From: Octopus sinensis | Lineage: Eukaryota | DNA length: 64,000 bases | Direction: 5' to 3' | Assembly: GCF_006345805.1 (NCBI RefSeq) | Contig: NC_043000.1 | Coordinates: 36,456,001-36,520,000, forward strand | Part shown: in pieces, positions 39,455 through 51,893 of the stretch | Position numbering within the stretch: position 1 is the first letter of the stretch | Layout of the letters: every line of letters begins with the position of its first letter | Translations under genes and position numbers: made by a program | The notes under the pieces: model-generated | The model's database searches: none | Told to the model about the DNA's origin: nothing | The model's input: only the letters and a program-made list of their open reading frames with translations

Positions 39455-40178
39455 AGCACATGAGGAAATAAACAGAGAGAGAATAAACAAAAAGTTCTAA
39501 AAAGTTCAAAAAGGTTCGAACGTGGTGGTGTATTGGAGCGATTTTTCATCAACGGAAGAATCCAGTGAAATTTATATACATATATCCAGTCGTAATACGG
39601 GTGGGATCCTGGTATGTAGATGAGGGGAGATGCACAAATTTCCGGTAGAAGTAAGTTCAAAGTGTAGGAGGTTAACGCAAAATAAACTGGTGCGACCACG
39701 TGAGCGTACAATATATGGTTGAAATTTACAGAAAAATAAAAGACGAAGACAGGTGTATTAGTTTGACGCTCGGGAAGGTGAGGAAGAATAACACCTACGC
39801 AAGTTTTATAATCAATGCATTCAAAAGAGAAGTCTCAAGAATTCGATCACTACTACCATCCACAACAAGTCACTTTCAGGGCACTTGACCATTTAACATA
39901 CTACTACTATCATGGCATTCCCGCATTCTCCTTCTCCTCCTTCTTTTTCTTCATCTTCCCCTCGTCCTCGTCCTTCTTCTTCTTCTTCTTCTTCTTCTTC
40001 TTCTTCTTCTTCTTTTTCTTCCCTGCCAAGAAAAGACAACGACCTCGAACCCACAAGAGTAAACAAGAGAGATAGAGACAGGCAGAAACAAGGAAAATGC
40101 CCCTTTTATTTGAATACTATACAAATATTCTTTAAAAAAACTTTAAAAAAAAACAAATTTAATTGTTTTCCATACTTA

Positions 40179-40214
40179 CAGTTGAAAAAGTCTCAATAAC
40201 TGAAACCGGTACTG
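40179..40214 (+). ncRNA. Minimal hammerhead motif with U3:A8 covariant core
   Basis: CAG-TTGAAAA-AGT-ctcaata-ACT-GAAA-CCGG-TA-CTG. Confidence 0.55.
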
Positions 40215-40256
40215 AAATGTTTTTTATAAAATTATTTTTTTTACCTTGACTTTTTT

Positions 40257-40352
<96 letters not shown>

Positions 40353-42600
40353 TCAGACATAAATTATTTGAATGGTTTCAGTTGTAAGAGTGTTTTGTTG
40401 TCACTTTATGGCCGGAAGTTGGTCGCAGCTGATCTTCCTTGAATGCATCCTTAAATGGTTATCGGGTCCTGCACCGTTGTTAGGAGTTTATCCAATGGCT
40501 CAATAGAGGCTCTTTTTATATTTATGATTTCTTTAAGTAGGCTTTTGGACAGTTGAGGACCTCTAAATATCAAACCGGTACAACAGAGTGTTTTTGCTCA
40601 TGATTTCGAAGCTGCTATATTTGGAAGCTGACAGTATTTATCAGTTCATGCTTTAAAAATTCTTTATAAGGCCGAAATTTGGAACATACCCCTCCAGAAT
40701 TTCCCACCTACTTTTATTCACAAAGCTTTGGTTCACTCAGACCTGTGGTAGATAATATCTGCCTACGGTGTTTTGCCGTAGGATGTTAACCAGAACCTTG
40801 ATTGCTTAGTAAATATCCTAGCCAAGCAGTCCTGCATTAAATGCAAGTCAAACTATTCACTAAATAGATACTTTTTTTTACGTTTTCCCGTCTTTATTTA
40901 TCACCAGTTTTTGCTTTCTTTACGCCTGCTAGTATATTAAAATGGTATGACCTAGCATTAGAGAGTTATTGATTTAACACTTTGTAACTAAACCAGCTCT
41001 TGTCTCTGTCATCGCAACGTCATCTTTTTGTTAACTATATATTCCAGTGTCATGTTTGTATGTGTGTGTGCGTACATGTGTGTAATAGGTGTTGTTAATG
41101 GCAGAACTTTGACAAGAGTCTTTATATTCTTTTTTTTTTTATTATTAATTCTTTCCGTGTCTAATCCTGAGAAGTGATGGTAGCTTTGAAAGTTGAGCCA
41201 TCTCTAAGCATTTGTAATGGCAAAAGCAACACCACCGCAATACCACGTGTTAGCAACAGTTGAGTGGCTGCTCCCAGCAGTCAACCATATCATGCTTTGG
41301 TATGAAATTACAGCTAAATAGACTGGTCCGTTGACAGACGTGTTAAGGAAGGATTTCTCCCCCCTCTATTTCTCTGTGTGTATATAGTATATGTATATAC
41401 AAACATATATGCTTGAATACACACGCAAGCATACGTATATGTGTTAATGTTTGAACAAATTTGCTATTTTTAAACAAGAATATTATCGACAGAGACTTCG
41501 AAGTTTCAGCCAGTTTACCTATCGTTTGACAATGTCTTATGTGGCTGAAACTTCGTAGACATTGTCAACAATATGCTCGTTTACGAATGTGTGTGTGTGT
41601 GGTGTGTGTGTGTGTGTGTGTATGTGTGTGAGTGCATGTTCGTTCCTGCCAACACTTGGAATCAGTGGTATTTATTGATATTTCGTCTGTCTTTACGTTC
41701 TGAGTTCAAATTTCGCCCTGCTCGACTTTGCCTTTCATCCTTTCGGGGTCGATAAATTTAATACCAGTTGCGTACTGCAGTCTATCTAATCAACTGGCCT
41801 CCTCCCCGAAAAATTTCGGGCCTTGTGACTAGAGTAGAAAAGAATATTCGACCAAACCCGAGAGGATGTGACAGAATGATTATCTCGGCGGAATTTGAAC
41901 TCAAAGCGTAAAGCGCCGGAACAAATACCGCTAAGCATTTTCTCCTACGCACTAATAACTCTGCTATTGACACTTTTAGAAATGTTAATATTGGTTTCAA
42001 ATTTTCGCACAAGGCCAGCAATTTCGGGTAAGTGGTTATGTCGGTTACACTTATCCAGTATTTAACTGGTACCTCTTTTATCGACTCCGAAATTATGAAA
42101 GGCAAATTCAACGTTGGCAGAATTCGAACTCTAACCATTTTATCCTTCGTGCTAACGATTCTGGCATCTCTACAAATTTGTAGCATTGCGACAATATAGG
42201 ACTTGACTGTTACAATGACACAAATTATCGGAAAGGAAATAACTTAAAGATAATATGATAATGTTATTGACGAGAATAATAAAGCCCAATCTAACAGAGC
42301 TGATGAAAGAGAACAAATAAAGGCAATAATATAATTTGAAACAATTAAGATTAAGATTATATCTCGGCCATTGTTGCTTTAGTTTTTACATCTTAGTAGT
42401 GTACGACTGAGACAGGCTAATGTCGAGAGCAGACACACAAATTATTTAGCACGATACGTCACTGTATTTTAGTCCCTTTTATAAACTGTTTCCTTTCCAT
42501 CCTTCAGTTATGTCTCGCAAAATTAAAAAGGCAGAATAGCTAGTTTGATGCCCCTTAACACGTCAGTAACAAGTTTTAACATCATTATTTCTAATTTAAT

Positions 42601-43490
42601 AAGGCGGCGAGCTGGCAGAAACGTTAGCACGTCGGACAAAAAGCTTAGCGGTATTTCGTCTGCCGCTACGTTGTGAGTTCGAATTCCGCCGAGGTCGACT
42701 TTTCCTTTCATCCTTTCGGGGTCGATAAATTAAGTACCAGTTACGCACTGGGGTCGATGTAATCGACTTAATACCTATGTCTGTCCTTGTTTGTCCCCTC
42801 TGTGTTTAGCCCCTTGTGGGTAATAAAGAAATAGGTATTTCGTCTGCTGCTACGTTCTGAGTTCAAATTCCGCCGAGGTCGACTTTGCCTTTCACCCTTT
42901 CAGGGTCGATTAAATAAATACCAGTTACGCACTGGTGTCGATATAATCGACTTAATCCGTTTGTCTGTCCTTGTTCGTCCACACTGTGTTTAGCTCGTTG
43001 TGGGTAGTAAAGAAATAGGTATTTCGTCTGTCTTTACGTTCTGAGTTCAAATTCCGTCGAGGTCGACTTTGCTTTTCATCCTTTCGGAGTCGATTAAATA
43101 AGTACCAGTTACGCACTGGAATCGATGTAATCGACTTAATCCGTTTGTCTGTCCTTGTTTGTCCCCTCTATGTTTAGCCCCTTGTGGGTAGTAAAGAAAC
43201 AGGTATTTTGTCTGCTGCTATTTCATCGACCTTTCGAGGTCGATGAAATAAGTACCAGTTACGCACTGGAATCGATGTAATCGACTTAATCCGTTTGTCT
43301 GTCCTTGTTTGTCCCCTCTATGTTTAGCCCCTTGTGGGTAGTAAAGAAACAGGTATTTTGTCTGCTGCTATTTCATCGACCTTTCGAGGTCGATGAAATA
43401 AGTACCAGTTACGCACTAGAGTCAATATAATAGACTAGCCCCCTTCCCCAAAAAATGTTCAAGGCCTTTTGCCTAGAGTAGAAATGATTT
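42601..43490 (+). mobile_element. SINE family B tandem array (5 units)
   Basis: One head followed by GGTATTT(C/T)GTCTG units starting near 42650, 42834, 43018, 43202 and 43352. Confidence 0.9.
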
Positions 43491-44157
43491 TTTCTAATTA
43501 TCAACGTAAGATGAGGGTTACATTTTTTGGTGTAAGACATATTTTGCGTTGAGTGAATAGAAAATGGGATTGATTGTGGCATAGTAAAGGCTTTCTTTAA
43601 TCTATGTTTGTCTAAGGTGTTCCTTTAATTACAGCATTTCCTGAGAGAGCGATACATATGAGGGTAACTAAATAATTAACTCTGGAAAGCTTGTTAAAGA
43701 AACTTTGAAGTAGAAACTAGAACATGGGGATGCGATAGATAACATAAATGTGAGGATATTATTGACATATAGAACAGACAAAACACTCAGACAGATTAAA
43801 TGGAAATAGATTGAGCCTCAACGGAATACGTGAATGGAGAAATAACGGCGGCACTCCACACCCGCCCTACAAGCTGACGACTGAAGTTAGAAAAGGGGAA
43901 CGAAAAAACACAGTACAAACAGTATAATACAGAAGCCCATATGCATGCATACACGACACACGTACACACACCAAACACACATACATACACACGCACACAC
44001 AGATCCAGATACAAACGCATGCGCAGATAGAAATACCACAGAAATACAAGATGGTATATATAGATAGGACTAGCCTAGAGAAAGAGGGGACATGTAAAAC
44101 ATAGAATCAGAGACGAATGTAAGACGAAATAATTCTGACAAATAAACCAATAGCACG

Positions 44158-44404
44158 TTATTTACATTATTTACATTTGACGAATATTTTATTTCTCCTC
44201 GTCTTGTTTGTTATTAACACAACGTTTCGGCTGATATACCCTCCAGCCTTCATCAGGTGTCTTGGAGAAATTTCGAACCTCGCTACTCATTCCTAAGGTA
44301 TTTTTCGATGTTATTATTATTATTATTAATCAGGTCACTGCCTGGAATCGAACTCGGAATCTTGGTGTTAGTAGCCCGCGCTCTTAACCACTACGCCATA
44401 CGCC
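44158..44404 (-). mobile_element. SINE family D: tRNA head, (AAT)n, hammerhead-bearing tail
   Basis: A box TGGCGTAGTGG, B box GAGTTCGATTCC, internal AAT tract and a tail ending (ATGTAAATA)n. Confidence 0.85.
44216..44261 (-). ncRNA. Minimal type I hammerhead ribozyme, intact core
   Basis: GACAC-CTGATGA-A-GGCTG-(10 nt)-CAGCC-GAAA-CG-TT-GTGTT. Confidence 0.7.
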
Positions 44405-44599
44405 ATAATCAAAAAGCTAATATGAACATCATATAAATAGTGCGCGTGTTTATTGGAAAATGACCATCTCCAAATGAAACGATAGGTGTTTCAACACATC
44501 ACTTAGCAAGAATCTTGCAAAGCAAAAATATTAGCGTAAAAAATATAAGTAGTATTATTAAAAACAAAATAAAGCAAATAGTTCTATAAGAAAAACACA

Positions 44600-45025
44600 G
44601 CAGTGGGCGTTTGGTAAGAAGCTTGCTTCCCAACCACATGGTTCCGGGTTCAATCCCACTGCGTGGCATTTTGGCCAAGTGTCTTCTATAGTCCCGGGCT
44701 GACCAAAGCCTTGTCAGTAGATCTTGTAGGCGGAAACTGAAAGAAGCCCGTCATATATATACACACATATATGTGTGTGTGTATGCCTGTCTGTCTGTCG
44801 GTCTGTATGTACGTATGTATATATTTGTGCGTCTGTGCTTACCCCCCCACTATCGCTAGACAACCGATTTTAGTGTGTTTACGTCCCTGTAACCTAGCGG
44901 TTCGGCATAATTAACTGATAGAATAAGTACTAGGCTAACAAAGAATAAGTTCTGGGGTCAATTTGTTCGACTAAAGGCGGTGCTCCAGCATGGTCGCTGT
45001 CATATGACAGAAACGAGTAAAAGAA
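44600..45025 (+). mobile_element. SINE family A
   Basis: Matches the family A consensus. Confidence 0.9.
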
Positions 45026-45324
45026 TTTAAAAATCAAAGAATTGTTATCGTTGTCTTTATAAAACTCTCAAATGATTGAGAAGATATCAAAAGCGTCCCT
45101 GGTTTCCTTGAATGTTATCCTTAAATTCGATCTCGTATCTTCTTGGAATATTCATCAGGGAAATCGAATCAGAGCCAGACAGAAACAAGGAAACGTTGTT
45201 CGGTCGAACAGTGTCGACGGTAAGTTTACTTTCATGTAGGTATAGTCTCTGGGGAGAGGAGAAAAGGAAAGAGAAGAAAAGGAATGAATGAAAGTAGGGG
45301 TGAGGTACAGAAGAGAAAAACTGG

Positions 45325-45717
45325 CTCTCCGTCAGATTAACAGAACAGCCAGCTCGTGAAATTATCCTGCAAGTGGCTGAGCACTCCACAGACATACTAT
45401 TTCTTTACTACCCACAAGGAGCTAAACACAGAGAGGACAAACAAGTACAGACACACAGATTAAGTCGATTACATCAACCCCAGTGCGTAATTGGTACTTA
45501 ATTTATCGACCCCGAAAGGATGAAAGGCAAAGTCGACCTCGGCGGAATTTGAACTCAGAACGTAGCGGCAGACGAAATACGGCTACGCATTTCGCCCGGC
45601 GTGCTAACGTTTCTGCCAGCTCGCCTTATATATGTATGTATATATATATATATATGCTGGTTCTCCCCGAGAACTACATTAAGGGTACGTATGTCTGTAG
45701 AGTGCGTATATATATAG

Positions 45718-45778
<61 letters not shown>

Positions 45779-46015
45779 GCACTCTACAGACATACGTACT
45801 CTTAATGTAGTTCTCGGGGAGATCCAGCATGACACAGTGTGAAAAGGCTGGCCCCTTTGAAATACAGGTAAAGCTCGCTTTTTTGCCAGCTGAGTGAACA
45901 GGAGCAGCGTGAATTGAAGTATCTTGCTCTAGGACACAACGCACCGCCGGGAATCGAACTCACGAGCTCACTGCCGTGAGCTGAATGCTCTTAACCACTG
46001 ATCCACGCGCCTTCA
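45325..46015 (-). mobile_element. SINE family C-related copy interrupted by SINE B (45397-45627) and an inverted duplication
   Basis: The C-type tail (45325-45396) resumes at 45779; the tRNA head is at 45945-46015. Confidence 0.8.
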
Positions 46016-46314
46016 AGAAGAGAAAACAGACTAAGAAATCTGTTTACACATTTTCTCGTTTTCGTAGAATCATGCGAGAAGTTGAATAAATATAACACTT
46101 GTATATTGTTAGAGATAAGTAAGAAGGAATTGTTTTATAGCACCTTAGCTTGGACATCTGCATATGGCTATACTCACATTGGTCTCGTTTTGAAGACGTA
46201 TACCGATGGATATCTGACGGCAGTGGATGTTAATAAGAGGAATTATCACATACCAGAGAAGATGATTGGTAGAGGATCAGAGTCATGCGAATCAGAGCAA
46301 ACCTCAACCATAAC

Positions 46315-46355
<41 letters not shown>

Positions 46356-46398
46356 GGTAGTGATGATAATGAAGATGAGGATGATAGTTGTGAAAATA

Positions 46399-46430
<32 letters not shown>

Positions 46431-47550
46431 AACGACGATGATTGTAGAGACATCCAATACATCAATTAATTTAGAAAAATTTGCGTTTCAACACCAACTT
46501 TTTTAATAACCATTTTTTCTGACTTTTCATTTCCTCATTCCAATTTCTGTATTTAGTTTGTCTATATCTAGTACAGAAGCAATTCCCGATATTTTTGTTG
46601 CTGCTAATTAAGGTGCCAATGAAAAAGGTAAAAAACATAAAAAGAAGGATTTGGTTGACTGCTTATTCATCTCTGTAATAAATGGATGGATTGGAATCTT
46701 GTCAAAATTTCTTTTCATTTACCAAATTTATTCAGGGCCAATTTGTTTCTGGTGCCGGATTCTTGGATCAAGTGCCGAGAACACTCGATGCAATTTCCCA
46801 GAATATATATCGTTTTATTTGGTTTTGATCCAGTTCCAGTGTAACAGCATAAAAGTCTTCAAATGACACTCAATCACTGATAGGGCTCCAATACAAAGAC
46901 CTCCAACTTGGTGCATCTCTCGCATAAACCCCTATTCTCCCTCAAGCTTCAAGCTCATAGACAGAGGTTTACGTCAACGAGAATTGAAGTTCAAAGTGAT
47001 CTGCGTAGTGACTAGCAGCAAGTCCCAGTTGATTCTATTTCCACTTCTTTCCAGTGTACGACGTGTATATTTCAGGATGTATAGAATTAGGTATGGAAAC
47101 ACCAATTATTTATTTTATTTATTTGTTTTGCCTGACGAAGAGAACTATGCAGGCAGTTTGTTGATGACAACAATCACATCACAGAATCACAAAGCTACAA
47201 CCATAAGCAAATATAAATTTGTTGTCCTTTCAGTTGGTACGTCGTTCGGACTGTTTGTTGCAAAGTTTTACTTGCACGCTCTAGCACTATATAATTTCAT
47301 TTCCTTTAATTTCTTAGCAAATTAATTCAGGAAGTCGAAAGTAAACTCGTGAAGGGCGACCAGATGTTAAGCATAAGTGAATTAGACATATGTCATAGGA
47401 AATGTGTTTTCTTTGTCGAAAAACTCATTAAAGTTTTGGGGAAAAAACGAAGAGTTTAAAAGAAAATAAATAGGGAGTAAAGAGAAAGTAAAGGTTATGA
47501 TATAAGAAAATAATGATATGAAGGCGATGGAAGAGGAGAGAAAGTGGTTT

Positions 47551-47770
47551 GAAGAAGAAGAAGAAGAAGAAGAAGAAGAAGAAGAAGAAGAAGAAGAAGA
47601 AGAAGAAGAAGAAGAAGAAGAAGAAGAAGAAGACAACGATGATGACGACGACGACGATGATCAGGACGGCATTGACGAAAAAGAAGATTCAATGAAGGAG
47701 GAGAAATAGAGATAGATAATATGGAGAAAGGAAGGAAGGAAGGAAGGAAGGAAGGATGGATGGATGGATG
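47551..47770. repeat. (GAA)n, (GAT/GAC)n, (GGAA)n and (GGAT)n microsatellites
   Basis: Directly visible. Confidence 0.95.
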
Positions 47771-48939
47771 GAAAAGTAGAAAAAAGAAGAGAAACGACTG
47801 TAAGGTGAAAAAAGAACAAACAACAAAATAAATATAAAGTTTGAAAGGAAAATATAAATAATTGTTAGAAGACCAACAGCCAAACAAGTTAATCAAACCA
47901 CTTTCCGGAAATTGAACCAAGATAACATGTTACTGTTTCAACGTGAGTGAAGAAAAAGCACGTGATGTGTCTGTAAATCAACAAGTATTCGTTGAAGCTG
48001 GCTTGAGAAATATTTTATCAGAACAACACGGCGTATTATTAGGTTGACGTTGTTTGTAAGGCGCGTGTTGTCGAGTATGTTGAAGATCATGTTCTGTTAT
48101 GCTGCTTGATTCGCCAATTTCATTCACATAATTTAATAACAGATCAGTTAATTTCCACTAAATGCCTATTTCTAAAGTATGAGATATTTTTATTAAATCG
48201 ACGAGAGCTACAGCTCAAATAGTAAATATAAGTTTTCTACGTTCTGAAGAGGTGGTTTATTTATTTGTCACCGAAGAAAGCAATACATTTTTGCTTTAGT
48301 GCTAAATGTGATACGGCGAATGTTGTACCAGAGACACTCGAGAGAAGGGCTGATTGCTTTGCTAGTATTTCAATACACTTTGACTCCAGCAGACGAGGAA
48401 ACCTATGATGGACTCTCGATATAGTAAAGAGCTCTTGGCTATTTTTCCGTTTCTTTATTTAATTTAGGTCACCCTACGAAGAAGCAGCACCATTTACAAT
48501 AAGAAATATCGGATTATCGATTATCATTAACTAAATCAAATACATGAATATATATTAGAGAAAATCTTTGTTGCGAGGAACAAGTAGATAACAGTATTGC
48601 GAGAGGTCTGCAGGTTACTTAGCTGGAGTATCTACTTTCGATATTAGTCTGAACTTGAAGTTTGCCGCACTATTTTATACTTAACAGCACTCCAGCGTGA
48701 GTGAGATCTCTTCAACTTTATATAATGGTTGTCTACCAAACGAAGGATTGTCTGTTCGTGACTTGTCAAGATGTTATTGAAACACGACCATGAAACAAAA
48801 TCCCAAACACAAACCAATCTACCAATCTACCGACAGTCTATAACTAATCGCTCTTACTAGCAGCAATAATAAAACTTAGAGGTATTTGTTAGCTTCTAGA
48901 GTTGTGTTGAATCAAAAGTTTTGGAGTATTTTGGTAGCT

Positions 48940-49600
48940 TATTTGCTTTATTTTCCGCGTCCCAACAAAAGCAAACTAGCATTCAAAGAAAAAGCCATCG
49001 TGTTACAGTGTCTGAAGCCACCGTTTTGCTAGTTCTTTGATTCCACACCGATACCAGTTCTTGTCCTCCAAGGTGAAGAACTCTTTACCTGAAGCTTCTA
49101 CTTCTTCTTGGTTGATGAAGCATCGTGAGTGCAGGAAGTGAGCCATGGAGCGGAGCAAGTAATTAATCGAGGGAGATATTTTCCTGCAATCTTAATGTGC
49201 AAAAGCAGCGATTAAGCAAGAGCCAGCTCCTGCATCTGTTGCCAGACATGGGCGTTCCGAACGCAAGGTGATGCTGTGCATCTGGTGCAAATCTGAGGGG
49301 ATAACTCAAGGTCGAACTATGCCATTGTGAGGCAAAAATATCCATCATTGATTTACAAAAAGTGAGATCTTCTGCAGCAAGACAACGTAAGACTTCATAC
49401 CGCTCAAAGGACCCGGAATAGACTCCAAGTAGTTGAAGACATCGAACTGATGTCACACCCAGCATATAGTCCCCTAGCTCTCTCGGATTATTCCTTGCCA
49501 CCTCTGTAAATATAGTTTGAAGACGGATAGGCCTGCAATACTGTCACGTAAGTGAAACTTCAAAATGCAAATAGAGTGTGAAGTTCACCATGCAAAGTAA
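48940..49600. mobile_element. mariner transposon relic with internal inversion
   Basis: Plus 49165-49497: RKVMLCIW, LLQQDNVRLHTA, HPAYSP-LALSDY. Minus 49163-48975: YLLRSMAHFL...WYRCGIKELAKRWLQTL*HDGFFFE. Confidence 0.85.
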
Positions 49601-49832
49601 CTTAAAATATATACTAGCGTTTCAAACATGGCTTAGGTTATGCTTGGATTTAGTTCGAGCAGATTTATCATTGAAGACATCCCAGGCGTGACTATCGCGC
49701 CAATCAGAAAGGAATAGTCGCGGTTGAAGATCTCTAAGATTGCGAAGTGCTTATCTAATTAAGAATGCTGGCGGGATTTGATCACCAGAAAATTTGGTTG
49801 CCTTTACTAGCATGTCGAGTGACTGTGTGGAT

Positions 49833-50374
49833 GTTAGTTAGTTAGTTAGTTAATTTGGCTCAAAAGCAAATAGCAAGGCCATGTAGGGGGACATGGAGTT
49901 AAGTACAGGGTGGTGTTCATGTAAAGAGTTGAGGCCACTTGAGGTCCAGGGAGGCTTTGAACAAAGCGGTCGTCGGCATCTTCACCATCTCGTCTGGCAG
50001 CTTGTTCCACGGATCCGCAACCCGGACGGAGAAAGCTCCTCTCCTTCGATTGAGATGAAATCGTCGCAGGTAGAGCTTTTCGGAATGACCCCGCAGCCGA
50101 CGCTCCGGAGCAGGAGTGAAGAACAGCTCTTTCGAGAGGTTACACTTCCCGCTTATGATGTTGTGGGCGAGAATGAGATCACCACGGCGGCGGCGTTTTT
50201 CAAGAGAATAAAGGTCGAGCGTCCTCAGCCTTTCTTCGTAGGACAAATTTTTGAGACCATGAACCATGCGGGTAGCCAGCCTCTGGACTCTTTCGAGGTG
50301 CTGTATGTCTTTGAGGAGATAAGGAGAAGAGGCTTGAATCCCATACTCCAATATGGGTCTCACCAGCGTGACGT
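49833..50374 (-). mobile_element. CR1 LINE, 5'-truncated, uninterrupted ORF2 C-terminus with (CTAA)n tail
   Basis: TLVRPILEY..LERVQRLATRMV.GLKNLSYEERLR.L.LYSLEKRRRRGDLI...WNKLP..FKASLD. Confidence 0.95.
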
Positions 50375-51805
50375 TGGGTGGTAGTATTCTGTAGTCTAGT
50401 TACAAATGCGTTGTTACTATTGAAATTGAACAAAGGTTAAACAATAACAACAACAACGACGACGACAGCTATGACTACGCAAAAGTAAAAATACTACAGT
50501 TTTCTAATTTGAAGTTGTTAATATAAATAAAGGCGATATTTAATTATGATGTTATCTTATTAGTTAATAGACGGTCTCTAAATGGATTTATCATCTATTT
50601 GGCTTTGCTAAGGCTGTAAGAAAAGCCATCCAGAAACATAATATTTGATTCTAAATGCCTAAAAAAATGGCGAGACAGAAAAATAATCTTGAGAGCTCTA
50701 ATAAAATATGGATTATCAAAATGTTATAAATCATTATTTATAAATGAGATTATTCCTCATCACAGTGTATCGGTTTCTTCAGAGTAAAAACAACAAAACT
50801 GGTCTAAAAACAGCAAAGAGTGTTGTTATGTTTAATAAACAATTGTTCGCTTTTAAGTGTAAAAGTAAACGGGTGGAGCTGTGGCTGTGTAGTTAGTAAG
50901 TCAACTTAGTAAATATATGGTTTTGAGTCCAACCCCATTACGTGGTACCATGGGCACCATGGGTAACCATGGGCAGGGGCCTTCTACCATAATCTTGGGT
51001 TGTTCAATGTCTTGTAATATAATATGGCTGACAGAAACTGGGTGGATGCCAATGAGAAAAAAGCAATCCCTATTTTGTGAGAGTGTTATTAATTTGTCAT
51101 CAGGTTAACTCCACCTGTGGACTCATGGATGCATTTAGTGGGATCCATTCCTTTACGAATATTAAGGCTAATGTCTCTAACCTGAGGATATACTTATTCA
51201 TTCTAACCGCATCGGCTCCACTCGGTTTCAGAAAATCTTCTAAACTAACATTGTTTTGCCCTGACCTTATATTCGACTCTATCTTTATCAACTGATAGCG
51301 TAAGGTTGAACAAATCTTATACTCAGACCTGACCAAACGTTGTTTTCATCTGTAAAAACTTTGTTACTTGTGACATCAAACTGATGAAGGCCTTAGCATC
51401 TTCTAGGGATAAGCGGAAGTTGTCTTATGAAATAGTCTTCTTTTGTCATTTCTTTAAGTTCGAATCTAGAACCGGTCTGATCGAAGATTGTTCCTTGTTA
51501 GCAACAGACTGAGCAAAACGCAATTACATACTAATAACCAGATCTCATCAATACCTTATTTTTAACAATATTCCTGGACCTGCCAAAGGTTTGTTTCATA
51601 TTAGCATCAGGTTGATCAAAGCTTTGTAATTCACAGCTTCGGATTGACCGAACACTTCGTCTAAAAAAGATATGATTTATCCTAATTCTACATACGACCC
51701 TAGCAGAGGTCTGGACAAAGCCAGTTTAGCAGTTATCACCGGAATGAGTAAATCGTAGACATCTACTAATGCCCGGATCAGAATAAACCTTGTTTTCTAT
51801 TGCTT

Positions 51806-51860
<55 letters not shown>

Positions 51861-51893
51861 CATTATTATATTATTATTATTATTATTAATTTT

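Noticed and set aside
42601-43490. Regularly spaced repeats suggesting CRISPR
   Set aside because: Whole units are homologous SINE segments with no unique spacers, the context is eukaryotic, and there are no cas genes.
47130-47170. CTGACGA (and CTGATGA at 51381)
   Set aside because: No downstream stem II closed by GAAA; likely chance matches.
47382-47920. Poly-E/poly-S/poly-L ORFs
   Set aside because: Translation of (GAA)n and related triplet repeats; no splice or domain support.
48241-48285. CTGAAGA-GGTG..CACC-GAAG hammerhead-like motif
   Set aside because: A15.1 is altered, with no stem III, cleavage triplet or stem I partner; at most a decayed relic.
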